Source: Octopus vulgaris
Taxonomy: Eukaryota
Direction of reading: 5' to 3'
DNA length: 64,000 nt
Assembly (NCBI GenBank): GCA_951406725.2
Contig: OX597820.1
Coordinates: 76,198,001-76,262,000 of the forward strand
This document shows, one piece after another, positions 41,882 through 55,830 of the stretch (positions within the stretch are counted from its first letter, which is position 1; every line of letters begins with the position of its first letter). The notes beneath the pieces are model-generated. The model had not been told where the DNA came from, searched no databases, and saw only the letters and a program-made list of their open reading frames with translations. The position numbers and the translations under genes are program-made.

Positions 41882-42150
41882 AACGCATAACAGTCCGGCC
41901 TAGTGGTAGTCGACAAGTTGCACCACCTATGCTATATAGTTGACGTTGCATGCCCCTTTGACCCACGAATAGCCAAGAAGGAAGGTGAAAAGATAGATAA
42001 ATACAACCCTTTTAAATACGAAATAGCCCGGTTATGGAGCATGAAGAAGGTGAAGATTTGAGAACAGCATCATAAAGCAACAAAAAGAATTTCAAGGAAA
42101 TTGGAATGTGCCCAGTAGAACTGTTAGAAAAGTTTTACCTCCTTGGCAGA
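41882..42150 (+). mobile_element. R4/Dong-type RLE endonuclease fragment
   Basis: LVVVDKLHHLCYIVDVACPFDPRIAKKEGEKIDKYNPFKYEIARLWSMKKV. Confidence 0.8.
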
Positions 42151-42418
42151 ACTGGGGGAGCATCATAGCCGTATACTGAGAGGAAGTATTCACCTTTGGA
42201 AACATGGGTGTTTCGTTCAGCATCCTTAAACAACCCTTTTGAGCGAGATGGACTACTTGACCTGAAGAAAATTCTAACTGGGCCCCACTTGCAAGGTCAT
42301 GGACTGCTAATCTTGATATGAGATCACCATGTCGCGCACATATGGTTGTGATGCATGTGCCTGGTGTACGCTTATTAGACGGGTAGTCACTTTCATTGCC
42401 TGTGCTGCTCTCTCACTC

Positions 42419-42460
<42 letters not shown>

Positions 42461-43114
42461 CCTTGAAATTTTGGGTGAGGCGGATAGTCGATTAGATCGA
42501 CTCCACTACGCAAATGGTATTTAATTTATCGATGCCGAAAGGGTAAAAGCCAAATTCAACCTCGGCGGAATTTGAACTCAGGACGTAGCGGCAGACGCAA
42601 TGCCGCTAAGCATTTCGCTCGGCGTGCTAACGATTCTGTCAGCTCACTGCCTTAACAACAAGATTGATAATAATATGATATAAACATGTAAAATATATTT
42701 TAAAAATATGGTAAGAATCACTGGAATGCAGAAAAGTGTAAATATAAATTATATAAATATAACTGGCTACATTTATGTATATCTATGGGTCTGTAGTGAG
42801 AATAATGTTAGATGGGGTATAACCATCTAAAATGGCCGAGGAAAGTAAATATAGGCACAGAGTGAAAATATAAGTCATCATTAGCACTGCTATTATCATC
42901 ATTCATAATGCCATCGTTATCATCGTCATCATCATTATCAACTTCATCTTTATCCATGTTACGTATTGTCTTTATCCTCATCATCTTTATCATCATCATT
43001 ATTTTTTTTAAAATAATGATAAATATAAAAAAATCATTATCATTTCAATTATTCTTATTGCCGTTCTCCTTGTTATTATCATTCTTCCACTTCTTAGTTC
43101 TCTTTTTCTTTTTC

Positions 43115-43345
43115 TTCTCTTCTTCTTCTTCTTCTTCTTCTTCTTCTTCTTCTTCTTCTTCTTCTTCTTCTTCTTCTTCTTCTTCTTCTTCTTCTTCTTC
43201 TTCTTCTTCTTCATCTTCTTCATCTTCTTCTTCTTCTTCTTCTTCTTCTTCTTCTTTTTCTTCTTCTTCTTCTTCTTCTTTTTCTTCTTCTTCTTCTTCT
43301 TCTTTTTCTTCTTCTTCTTCTTCTTCTTCTTCTTCTTCTTCTCCT
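43115..43345. repeat. (CTT)n microsatellite
   Basis: Read directly. It explains the poly-Ser and poly-Lys ORFs. Confidence 0.95.
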
Positions 43346-43720
43346 TCTTCCCCCTCTCCTCCATCCTCTTCATTGTATTATTATTGGTATTGTTATTATT
43401 ATTGTTACTATTATTAATTGCTATACTTGTATAAGTAATAATTGCTATAAAATAACGAGCTACAATAACAAACTACAATTGCTTTTTGTTGTCCTAACCA
43501 TTAGCATTGTTGTTGTCCGGTCCTCCCCCTCCTCTTCCTCATCATCATCATCATCATCATCAACATCATCATCAGTATCAATATTATTGGTAACATCATT
43601 ATAATTTTAAATTATGCAATTCCTGCATTATATTTATTTGCGTTGTCAGCATAAAACTATTCCTATTATTTGCTGGGACTGACATGGAGATAAAAAGAAG
43701 GGAAGACTCCATTGTCACGT

Positions 43721-43773
<53 letters not shown>

Positions 43774-43910
43774 GAAATAAGGTACTCAGACATTCGGATG
43801 GTTTTATATTTACAGATATTTATTTGTATATTACATGTTTTTATACATCATATATCATATCATATATGATATATCTGTAAATATATCATTGGTCTTTAAC
43901 TGTATTACTC

Positions 43911-43955
<45 letters not shown>

Positions 43956-44079
43956 TACATGGAGGATAAGAAACGAAACGACGCGAGGCGCTCAGTCATA
44001 TAATAACATTTTAACAAATAAAACATATGCATGCATACATATATATATGTACATACCTACATCTCTATGTATATATACA

Positions 44080-44132
<53 letters not shown>

Positions 44133-45059
44133 TATGATCTTATGCTAAAAGGCAGATTTTCTCTGCCTCCCAAACCGTTCGTTTTTTATACAATTGTACA
44201 ATATAGAATTTCTTCAATTGGAATTTACCTACGATTTTTACAAGTAGATACGATTGGGTCATGGCATGTAAAGTTTTTTTTCTATTTGACCCCCAATTAA
44301 GCAAAAATTCGAGAAAAGTAAATATTTTACGATTTGCCTCTCTAATTTCAACTGCTTCACTCCTTCCATTACCACTACACTTTCTCCTCCTTTCTCTTTG
44401 TAAGTGTGCGACAATTAAAGTGAAAGTATTTATATCTCAAAAAAAAAAAAATACAGAGCAAACAGAAACAAATAAATACATAACGATTTACTACTCACAC
44501 AATTTCTTCAATTGGAGTTTACCTATGATTTTCCCAAGTACATCCATTCGGTCATGGCATATAAATTTCTTTCAATTTCACCCCCAATTAAGCAGAAATT
44601 CGAGAAAACTCAATATTTTACGATTTCCCTCTCTCACTTCAAAGGCTTTACTCCGCCTATTACTCCCACTTCCTCTTTACACACATAGACACGTAAACAT
44701 ATACATATATGACGGTGTCAATTGTTGAAAGAAAATTGTAAGCTAAGGTGTATGTGTGTGTGTGTGTGTGTGCGTGTGTGTGTGTGTGAGAGTGTGTGTG
44801 TGTGTGTGCGTGTGTAACAGGGATGAGCCATTAATAGAGGTCATCCTTTTTGCTAGAGGAAGATCCGCTATGGTCTTATATGCTACACCACTGGTTTTCA
44901 ATTCATATTAATCAAATTAATATTCAATTTTTCACCCTTATTATGTGTGTGTGTATTAGCAATTCGTATAAAATTGCATCAATGACTTGAACTTGAATAA
45001 GTGGTTTCACATAAATGGGGATAAATTAAAAAGGTTTGTTGTTATTATTATTACTGTTT

Positions 45060-45664
45060 GATTCTGTTCTTGATTCGACGGTCATTCGGAATGCTCACAG
45101 CAGCCATATTCTTACCACTCTATGTCACACTGGTGAGACCCATATTGGAGTATGGGATTCAAGCCTCTTCTCCTTATCTCCTCAAAGACATAAAGCATCT
45201 CGAAAGAGTCCAGAAGCTGGCTACCCGCATGGTTCATGGTCTCAAAAATTTGTCCTACGAAGAAAGGCTGAGGACGCTCGACCTTTATTCTCTTGAAAAT
45301 CGCCGCCGCCGTGGTGATCTCATTCTCGCCCACAACATCATAAGCGGAAAGTGTAACCTCTCGAAAGAGCTGTTCTTCACTCCTGCTCCAGAGCGTCGGC
45401 TGCGGGGTCATTCCGAAAAGCTCTACCTGCGACGATTTCATCTCAATCGAAGGAGAGGAGCTTTCTCCGTCCGGGTTGCGGATCCGTGGAACAAGCTGCC
45501 AAACGAGATGGTGAAGATGCCGACGACTGCTTTGTTCAAAGCCTCCCTGGACCTCAAGTGGCCTGAACTCTTTACATGAACACCACCCTGTACTTAACTC
45601 CATGTCCCCCTACATGGCCTTGCTATTTGCTTTTGAGCCAAATTAACTAACTAACTAACTAACT
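45060..45664 (+). mobile_element. CR1-clade LINE 3' fragment with (CTAA)n tail, nested in the Helitron
   Basis: LYVTLVRPILEY...LERVQKLATRMV...YEERL..LDLYSLE.RR.RGDLI...RLRGH..KL...FSVRV..PWNKLP, a short 3' UTR, then (ctaa)n. Confidence 0.9.
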
Positions 45665-45865
45665 ATTGTAATCACGTTTGTTGGTTCCTCGCCAGGGAAA
45701 CGTTGTTGTGTTGCATTTGTTAAATAATTGTAAACCGTAACCCTCCCCCTTTTGGAGAAGGGGCTTTGGTTATTGTTTCAAAATTGAATTGTGTCCCTGT
45801 TTGGGGAAATTGACAATATTTTCACCGTCTTTACGGAAGCATTTTTGTTAAAATGCCTTTGGGAG

Positions 45866-46850
45866 GATTTTTTTCCTGGACGCTCCTGGGGGCAATGGGA
45901 AAACTTTTGTCAACAAATTAATATTGGCTGAGATTATGCGAACACAAGGCATTGCCTTAGCTGTGGCATCATCTGGAATTGCGGCTACTTTGTTGCCAGG
46001 CGGCAGGACAGCTCACTCCACTTTCAAGCTTCCGCTTCACTTAGCGAAGACTGACACACCAACTTGCAACATCAGTAACAGCTCCGATCAAGCAGAAGTC
46101 TTCAGACGATGCAAGCTTATCGTTTGGGATGAATGCACGATGGCCCACTGACGTGCTCTTGAGGCACTAGATAGATCTCTCAGAGACATCAAACACTCTT
46201 CAGCTCCCATGGGAGGCATAGCACTTCTTCTTTCAGGGGACTTCCGACAAACACTTCCCGTTATTCCCAAAGGGACTAGAGCTGATGCAGTAAGTGCGTG
46301 TCTTAAGTCATCCACATTGTGGCCACTGGTGAAGACTCTCAAACTTCACACCAATATGCATGCTCATATGCGACGTAATATCACATCAGCAACATTTTCT
46401 CACACCCTTCCTGCACTTGGCGAAGGCAAAATACCAGGGGATGAAAATGGTAATATTGCCATCGATTCCATTTGTACCATTGTTAAAACGCCTTCTGATC
46501 TCAGAGATGCAGTGTTCCCAGATCTACAAGCTAATTATCAGAATATGGATTGGATTGGCCAAAGGGCTATTCTGGCCCCGAGGAATAAAACTGTTCACCA
46601 TATTAATGATGAAATGCTAAAACTCATTCCTGGGGAAGGCTATGTATATAAGTCTATCGATACAACTCCTGACCCAGAGGACGTCATCAACTATCAAATA
46701 GAGGTACTCAATTCCTTTGAGCACCCCGGACTACCACCACACATTCTCAAACTTAAAGTTGGTGCCCCTATAATGCTCATTAGAAATTTGGTTCCCCCCA
46801 AACAATGCAATGGCACACGTTTGATCGTTAAGTCCTTATCTCCCACCGTA
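45866..46850 (+). pseudogene. Helitron RepHel PIF1-family helicase domain, disrupted
   Basis: FFLDAPGGNGKTF (Walker A), VASSGIAATLLPGGRTAHSTFKLP, IVWDECTM (Walker B, followed by a stop), GDFRQTLPV, LPPHILKLKVGAPIMLIRNL, CNGTRL. Confidence 0.9.
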
Positions 46851-47064
46851 AACTTATATCAATATTTGCCTGAATAATCATCATAATTCAGTGCAATCAT
46901 TAACAGTACTTTCAAGCAATTCAGCCCCGAGCATCGCCGGGAAATTCTGCTAGTATATATATATATATGAGTACAGGACACCACAAATAAACGTAGAACA
47001 CAACGAGAAACGAAAACATAAACACAAGCAAGGAATATATACATATATATATATATATATATCT

Positions 47065-47353
47065 GGAGGCGCAATGGCCTAGTGGTCAGGGCAGCGGACT
47101 TTCGGTTATAGGATCACGGTTTCGATTCTCAGACCGAGCGTTGTGAGTGTTTATTGAGCGAAAACATCTAAAACTCCACGAGGCTCCGGCAGTACTCTTT
47201 CTCCGCAACTTTCTCTCACTCTTTCTTCCGTTGGCCTGCTCGCTTAGCCAGCGGGGTGGCGTCATTTGAAGGCTAGAACAGTACGAAGCGCATTGTGACC
47301 AGTGATGTGTAGCAAGATCTGATAGCCTGGTAGGTCACGGTGATCACGGTGAT
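47065..47353 (+). mobile_element. tRNA-derived SINE family C, full length
   Basis: ggaggcgcaatggcctagtggtcagg (A box), ggtttcgattc (B box) and tail ...ggtcacggtgatcacggtgata. Confidence 0.85.
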
Positions 47354-47851
47354 ACACACACACACACACACACATTACATGCTCCTTTCAGTTTCCGTCT
47401 TCCAAATCCACTTCTAATCCTTTTGTCATCACCCCCACGACCACCACCACCATCTCGTGTCCGAAATGCGACTTTGTGGGACTGAACCCAGAACTATTTT
47501 GAATTTATGTTTTAATAAAGCTGCTTTAATTCTTGGTAGCGGAATACAAAGTGAGGGAACTCTTACAGCGTTGGCGAAAAGGCCTTAATTGTGGTATCTG
47601 TTTTGTTCGTCATGGTTTAAGCGTTCAAATCAGACTGCTACTCTTGATCTGATATTAGAGTACCAACCAGGGACTGACATCGATTTTTTGTTCGTTCTTC
47701 CTTCCTTCTTTCCTTCCTTCCTTTCTGTCTCTCTTTCTCTCCATCTTCCTTTATTTCCTTTCTTCTTCTTTCATTTCTTTTCTTTCTATCTTGTGTTTTT
47801 TCTTTCTCTTCTCACCTCTTTTACTTCTCTCTTTCTGACTCTCTTTTCATT

Positions 47852-47907
<56 letters not shown>

Positions 47908-47990
47908 TCGTCTGTGCCTTTCTTTACACTCCTTTTGCTCTCTACCTTTCTTTTGTTTCCTTTCCTTTTCTTTCTTCCTGTCTTTCTATA

Positions 47991-48068
<78 letters not shown>

Positions 48069-49403
48069 ACTGCTACTACTACTGCTGCTGCTGCTGCTGC
48101 CACCACTACCACCACCACTTTTGCGGCTGCTTCCAATGCACATTTTGTAGCAGTAGTAGTAGTAGTAGCAGCAGTATTATCATTAGTAGTAGTTGTGTTA
48201 CTGGTGGTAGTGGTGGTGGTGGTGTCTCAGCTGGTGTTTCAATGCAGATTAAAAGGCTTGTAAAATAATATACCATTATTGTAGGATTGCTGAGTCTTTG
48301 CAGAACGTCTCAATGTTCCCAAGTGTCCCCTCTCTCTTGGACGGCATTACAGCAATGAGGTTGGAAATGGAGGCTGGATGCAAGATATATCAGACATGTT
48401 GTTATCGCTGTTATCCAGCCTCATCTACGCCACATGCAACCAATGATCCCATTCTACATCTTCACTTCCCTTTTATCACGCCTTACTCCTCCACCACCAC
48501 CACATCCATCATTATTAAAAATATCGTCTGCGCAACCACCAATCCCACCACCACCAACAACGCTACCATCACTATCAATGCCACCACTCTTGGCATCAAC
48601 ACTACTGTCGCCATACTAATGCCATGACCATCGCATCGAAACCCACCATCACCACTACTAACGATCCCTTCAACGGACACCACCTTGTGTAGTCATCCTC
48701 TCTTTACTTTCGTTATCATCATCATCACTACCCACCACCACCACCACCATCACCACCGTCATCACCATCACCATCACTCCCACCATCAATTCCATCCCCA
48801 CCGTCACTACCACCACCATCACAATCACCTCAACAACCACCACCACTACCATTCCCACCACCACCACCATCACAACCACCGCCACCATTATCACCACTAG
48901 CATCACCATCACCACCCTCACCACAACCATCATCACCATTATCATCATCACCACCACCATCACCACAAACACCATCATTACCACAACCACCACCACCGTC
49001 ACCACAACCACCATCATCACCACCACCACCACCACCGCCACCATTTTGATTTTTAAATATTATCACAGTGCAAGGTAGCAGTCTGGCAGAAAAGTTAGCA
49101 CGCCGGACAAACTACTTAGCGACATTTCGTCTGCCTTTACGTACTGAGTTCAAATTCCACCAAGGTTAACTTTACCTTTCGTCCTTTCAAGATCGATAAA
49201 ATAAGCACCAGCTGGACACTGGAGTCGATGTTATCGACAAACGTCCGCCCTCAGGTACAACAGAAACAGGTAGAAAGAGTAAGAGAAAGTTGTGGTGAAA
49301 GAGTACAGCATGGTTCACCCCCACCCCGCAGCCGGAGCCTTATGGAGCTTTAGATATTTTCGCTCAATAAACACTCACAACACCCGGTCTGGTGTCGCAT
49401 AAT

Positions 49404-49566
49404 CGGAAATTTCCAGGAAATATCAGTCCTCGTAATTTTCCAAGACGTCTAACCCTCGGAACTTTCCAGGAAGTCCTCGGAATTTTCCAGGAAGTCTCAT
49501 CCTCGGAACTTTCCAGGAAGTCATTTTAATTTTCCAGGAAGTCTCATCCTCGGAACTTTCCGGGAC
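49404..49566. repeat. Minisatellite, 7 units of cGGAA(c/a/t)TTTCCAGGAAgtc
   Basis: Units start at ~49404, 49431, 49457, 49478, 49504, 49527 and 49551. Confidence 0.85.
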
Positions 49567-49574
49567 ATTTTAAA

Positions 49575-49845
49575 TCCTGGTACTTATTCCATTAGTCTCT
49601 GCTGTTGAACTGCTAATTTACAGGGACGTAAACACACTAACACTGGTTGTCAAACCGTAGTAGGGGACAAACACACATACACACATGCCAGGCTTCTTTT
49701 CAGTTTCCGTCTACCCAATCCACTCACAAGGCTTTGGTCGGCCCGATGCTATATTAGAAGACACTTGCCCAAGGTGCCACGCAGTGGGACAGGATTCGAA
49801 ACCATGTGTTGAGAAAGCAAGTTTCTTACCACACAGTCACGCCTG
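49575..49845 (-). mobile_element. SINE family B
   Basis: Reverse complement of the family B head and tail. Confidence 0.8.
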
Positions 49846-50688
49846 TACTTATGAACGACACATATAATTGTATTCAGGCATGAATTGGATTTTCAAACAT
49901 TGAATAATATTTCATATTTCATATTTTCAACAATCAGCGTCGTACCGTTTGAGATCTGTTGTTTTCAGCGAATACAACTCGACTGACATCTATTATAACC
50001 TTGCAGAAGACGATAAGAATTATAATAACAACGAACAATATATAGAAAATTCGTCACACCAACAAACGAAGAAAAGACACGTGTCTGACATATCATTCAA
50101 ATTAACTGAACTGTAACGTTGCTACGAATCTTCTGTTCAACACAGCAAAAACACAGTGTTAGCCAAGTGAAGCGTTATTAGTTAAAGACACCGCCAGACG
50201 TGGTCTGTTTGGTTTTGAAGCGCAAGACAAGTATTAATGAAGAGTAACTTGGAAATAATCAATGGCCCACGACTATACAAGAGACTGATTCAAGTAGAAA
50301 CTACAAATAGATTTACAAAGACACATTATTGCAACAAAAGAAATTATACTTTTAATGCCGGCTGATATATTTAATTGAAGGTATGAATGCATATGTGCGT
50401 ACGTACGTATGTACATACATACATACATACATACATACATACATACATACATACATACATACACATACATATATACATACATATATATATACACACATAC
50501 ATATATACATACATATATATATACATACATATATGTATGTATACATACATACATATATGTATGTATGTATGTAAGTATGTATGTATATGTATATATATAT
50601 ATATAGAGAGAGAGAGATAGAAATATATATATATTCATGTATATATGTATATGTATTTTTTATTCATTTGTAGACATATAGATGTATG

Positions 50689-50725
<37 letters not shown>

Positions 50726-50731
50726 AGAGAG

Positions 50732-50782
<51 letters not shown>

Positions 50783-51293
50783 TGTATGTTTTGTATAAAA
50801 CTATATATATATATATATGTGTGTGTGGGGGTGTATATACAGTTTTATAGAAAACTTATATCTGTCTATACACACACACACACATACGCACACATATGTA
50901 AATATTCAGACTGAGGGAGAGGGGAAGGAGGGAAGAGAGGGGAAGAACGTGGGGCTGAGGGAGAAGACATGTTTTATGTGTTTGTATTTGTAAGCTCACC
51001 AATGAATTTTGAAAAAAAACTTGCAAAGTAAGTAAAATAACAAACATCTGAAAACAAACGTATTATGTATGATGAAATCAAATGAAATTCCAAAGTAAAC
51101 TTGTATTTCATTGATAGCTGGATAAATCTATAACAATCCAGGCACTTACCAATTTATAAGCGGTTTCTCTAGCCACTGCACTTCTTCATATTGTTGTTGA
51201 ATCTATTGACAGGTTGGGGAATTTTCAGTTTCGTTTAGGTCCTCTATCGAGAAAGCCTTCTAAAAACCCGGCTTGAAACTTTTCCCTTAGAGC

Positions 51294-51425
51294 CTTCTTC
51301 TTCTTCTTCTTCTTCTTCTTCTTCTTCTTCTTCTTCTTCTTCTTCTTCTTCTTCTTCTTCTTCTTCTTCTTCTTCTTCTTCTTCTTCTTCTTCTTCTTCT
51401 TCTTCTTCTTCTTCTTCTTCTTCTC
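51294..51425. repeat. (CTT)n microsatellite
   Basis: Read directly. It explains the poly-Glu ORF. Confidence 0.95.
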
Positions 51426-52134
51426 CCCTTTTTCTTTCTATTAAAATTGATATCTCATAACTCGCCCTCTTCTCGATTCCTATTTTCCATGTTTTAATCA
51501 CTAAATGCTTGATTGCCTGAATATGCTCTGCTGAAATTAGAGTGTTTCTAATATGCTCATGAGTCATTTATGTTATCGAATACGGTAAATTATTGAATTA
51601 ATTGATTTGTTTTTTTTGTCTGATAAAAAGAAAAGGAAAAGAACATAGCATTTGCGAAAGAAATAGTCAGCCCCTCTAACACGTTTATTTTTCTGGTATC
51701 CTTCCACACTTAGTGTAAAGTTAAGCTGTAATGTACTTCAATAAAGTATTGTCTGCTATTAACACTTATGGCATAGTTGAAAGCAGGAGCATCAGAAAAT
51801 AAGAAGCCACGAAATTCGGTGGAGGGATGGCGCATTATTTGCAGTTTGGAGTTCTGACAGTGGGTGAGTGCAGCACAAAAATGAAAGAGATCAGTGAAAC
51901 AGCAACAGTCCAGTGCAGGTGTGCCTTCTCATTGGAAGAACTCAAAGAATTGAAACTGTAGAGAACACTCATCCATCCATCCATCCATCCATCCATCCAT
52001 CCATCCATCCATCCATCCATCCATCCATCCATCCATGCATACATACATACATACATACATACTTACATACATACACACATACACACATACACACACATAC
52101 ACACATACATACATATACCGCACCTACCTAAATC

Positions 52135-52605
52135 GTAAACAAGGCGATCCAAAATGCCTTTGAATGTCGCATCATATCCCTTCGGCAACATCGTTTAACC
52201 ACCAAGCGTCGAAGTTCATCCCTTGACTAAGTTTGCGTACATAAAGCTGATAACATAATAAGACTTGGAAAGCAGCACCTTGAGCAACACTCCTCTGATA
52301 ACCCAGAGTACATGCCTAAAGAAGTCACATGACTTTACCGCAACATATCATCAGATGAAAGGATGAGCCTATATGAGCAGAAGACTATGCATGGATATGT
52401 TAGTAGAAAGTTCCGAAATGATAATAACATTGATCATCAAAGCAGTTTATCATGGACGAATAGCCGGATTACTACCTCCATCTTTGAAGGGTATGCGTTT
52501 GCAATCCAGGAATAGGAAATATCACCCAGGTACCTGATGCACAAAAGGAATAGAGTGCGGGAAAAGCCGTAAAATGTGACAACCGATGCAGACTTTGTGG
52601 AGTTC
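52135..52605 (+). mobile_element. RLE-type (R4-like) LINE fragment, second family
   Basis: YEQKTMHGYVSRK...IDHQSSLSW...FEGYAFAIQE*EISPRY...CDNRCRLCG, the region just upstream of the zinc knuckle. Confidence 0.7.
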
Positions 52606-53099
52606 ATCCCACTGTTTCTATCTTACATCACATCGTTTACATGAAAACGCATTTGTATACGAAACGCAGCAACTTCCAGGGCTGGCCCTGATTTCTATTG
52701 AAAATCCGTTGCGATAAACTTAAAAGTGAGAATATCGCATAACAAAAAAAGTAAGGTACAGTATTCTTTTCTACTCTAGGCACAAAGCCCGTAATTTTTG
52801 GGGAGTGGGGTGGGGCAGTCGATTACATCGACCCCAGTACGCAACTGGTACTTAATCTACCGACCCCGAAAGGATGAAAGGCAAAGTCGACCTCGGCGGA
52901 ATTTGAACTCAGAACATAAAGACAGACTGCCAAGATTCTGCCAGCTAAGATTCTGGCTTTGAAATATATATTATCACCTCCCTAAACAACAGTACATTTT
53001 CAAATTTATTTAGCATTTGTGTATCGTATGATTTCACCCTAATGTTATTATCTAGGTTACGAGAACGATAGTGAGACAATTGTCTTATGTAATGTATTA

Positions 53100-53565
53100 T
53101 GTGTTGCGAATGAGCACTCAAAGAAGTATATATTGTCTCTTGTAGCTACAACATAAGAAGTGGTGGGCGAATGTACTTCAGCAATTCCCATATCGATTAA
53201 ATCTTCTTGAGATGTCATCATAAATGGTATAAGCAGCTGATACAAAATGTCAGTATGCAGCACTAACTTAGTATGCAGTACAACATCATTGTGAAAGCAA
53301 TATGTAAAGACATATGTAGGAAAGATTCCACAGGGAGAAATACAAAACAAGTTTTCTGTCGTTGTCTGTATTTATAACATTCAACATGAGAAATTGCTGG
53401 GGTAGTCTAATTAAAATTTCTGTCAAAGGTGTATGCAACAAGCATGAACAGAAAGAAAAAAAGTCATGTAGACGTGTAGAATTCATCTTCTTAGCAGATG
53501 TCACCATTTTATTTATAAATCCGCCAAAAACATCTATTGACAACTGTTTCAACATATATAATTGC
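53100..53565 (+). mobile_element. piggyBac (PGBD4-like) transposase C-terminal relic
   Basis: YNIRSGG...LRCHHKWYKQL...MQ (compare YN..MGGVD...RK..KWYKKL), then a Cys-rich end VCNKH...PPKTSIDNCFNIY (compare LCxxxCFxxYH). Confidence 0.55.
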
Positions 53566-55309
53566 GATTCCAAGACTATTAATTTTCATACACACCTGTA
53601 TTACGTGGTGCACAGGATTACATTGCAGTATACTTAAGTAATAACCTCGAAAAAAGCTGGAAGTTTCAGGCAAAGACGAGATCATGAAATAAACGAATTG
53701 TTCTCCCAGGAAACACACCAGTCATTAGCATAGCCACGTTTGAATCTGTGGAAACGTTTTATGAATAGATATGCAAGACATCGTTTTGATTTTAGCTTTT
53801 CACCGTGCATATATGATTTATTATCGGTTGGCAGATATCAGCCCGGATCAGCAAGCAATTATTTTCGTTGAAATTATAAACTAGATTGCTTGCCCTTGTT
53901 AGAGTCATCAGGCTGGGGTACCTCTTTCTGACGAAACAACGATATTCAAACACAGGGAGTTCCAGAGTCCCTTGCGATAGTGACCCGATAGTGTTATGAA
54001 TGCACATTTGTTGTAAAGAAGTTGTACTGTAACAAAGCCCAACAGCTATTAGCATATTCATGTTCGAATCCATCAGAGCATTTTAAGACTAAACTCACTG
54101 TTCACCGAGCATATCACGATTTACCATCTTACACATTTTTCAAATTCACTCTCTTAGTAGAAAAGCGAAAGTATGGTAGAATTTTGTAGGATTCTGAATG
54201 CAACGCTATGCTGTTGTAATCTATACTTTTATTCTTAGAACCCATCACCATTTTTCACAGAATTAATCTTAATTCTTCTGTTAGTATGCATATTAGAGAT
54301 TTTGCAGCTCACCTAAGAAATACTTGCGTGTGCGCATGAATGTGTGTGAATGTAGTGTGTGAGTGTATGTAAGTGTGTTTGCGCATGTGTATAAGGTTTA
54401 GCTACGGATTCAATAAATATTAAAACAAATCCCTGTTTAGAATAATAATATTTTGAAATATAAGATAATTTTAAGGCGAAAAGGTACCCGAAAATCAATA
54501 TTTCTATACGTTAACATAAAGGTAAGTACTTTTATCTGGATGCCAATCCGTGTTTCAATGATATCTCGTGCAATATAAATGTTTATCAGCAGAAAGACAA
54601 AGAGCGATATTCTATCACGCTGTCCAAGAGGAAAGGCAGAGAGGTACGAATGCAGCCGAATTATTGACAAAAGTTCATAGTTTTTCTCTCTGTAGAATAC
54701 CTTAGAGGATCCATTGAGCCTCCAATATAAATTTTAAGCATTGCATATAAAATGCATCAAAACACACCAGTGTTTCCACAAGTATAACATGTATATGTTT
54801 TATATTAAATGTTTTAGCAGGTGCTAAATGAATATGAAAATGTACTGTTTAGGGAGGTGTTAATATATATTTCAAAGGCAGAACCTTAGCTGGTAGAATC
54901 TTGGCACGCCGGGCAAAATACTTAATGGCATTTCTCCCGTCTCCATGCTCTGAGCTCAAATTCCGCCGAGGTTGATTTTGCCTTTTGTCCTTTCTGGGTC
55001 GATAAAATAAATACAAAATCCTGGAGTCGATGCAAATGATTAGCACCCAGTCGCGAAAATGCTGGTCTTGTACCAAAATATGAAACAAGTATAGAGAAAG
55101 CTGAGACGAATGGACAAGTGAAAACAAAATGTTATATATATTCATTTATATTCTCTAATGAGAAATATACTGAGAAATGTATAACCAATACTACATATAT
55201 TCAGAATATCTTGAAAAATAACAACCACATAGACGAAATACCGCTAAGCATTTCGCCCGGCGTGCTAACGTTTCTGCCAGCTCGCCGCCTTGAGTGAGAA
55301 AAATATTGG

Positions 55310-55830
55310 CTTCAAAGCTGAATGCCAGAAACACAATTTCGGCAATAAACTTGCGCGCAATCGCAGTAGTTCGTTATGACTCTGGAATCCTGAAGTGGAC
55401 AGAATAGGAGTTAAAATGGACAGGAAGTCAAGAAAGCTCCTAACGTTGCATGGAGCCCATCATCCACGTGCATGCACTGATGACCTATAAATGAAGAAAT
55501 CAAATGGAAGAAGGGGACTGATAAGTGTGGAAGACTGCGTGCGTATCGAATTCGTGAGTTTAATGAGATATCTAGCCCAAAGTAAAGAAACCTTGCTAGT
55601 GGCAGTAAGGAACAAGGGAGTATTGAGATCAGAGAAAAAAGGGAAAAGAAAGGAAGAAGTAGAAAAAGAAATTGAAGAAGAATTTCACAAGAAGGGACTG
55701 CACAATCAATTCCATGAAGCCACAACAGAAGTTGCTGGAAAAAAATAGGTGGGATTGGCTAATGAAAGGAACACTAAAATAAGACACGAGACCACTATAC
55801 TGGCAGCGTAGGACCAAGCTTTGACCACGA
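55310..55830 (+). mobile_element. R4/Dong-type LINE internal fragment
   Basis: WNPEVD..EL.MDRKSRKLLTLHGAHHP...KKSNGRRGLISVEDCV...LHNQF...W.WLMKG.L...LAA*DQALTTN. Confidence 0.8.

Larger units (their letters stand above)
44130..46953 (+). mobile_element. Helitron (internally deleted) with both termini
   Basis: 5' A|TC ttatgatcttatgctaaaaggcagattttctctgcc. 3' GC hairpin cccgagcatcgccggg followed by CTAG|T at 46950-46953. It sits inside (TA)n and carries a PIF1 helicase relic. Confidence 0.75.

Noticed and set aside
47065-47140. tRNA-like sequences with A and B boxes (also ~11663, ~28340, ~32415)
   Set aside because: They continue into shared SINE bodies and have no clean cloverleaf, so they are SINE heads rather than tRNA genes.
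51143-51205. Possible minus-strand micro-exon (IQQQYEEVQWLEKPLIN) ending in G|GTAAGT
   Set aside because: Weak acceptor, very short, and no partner exons found.
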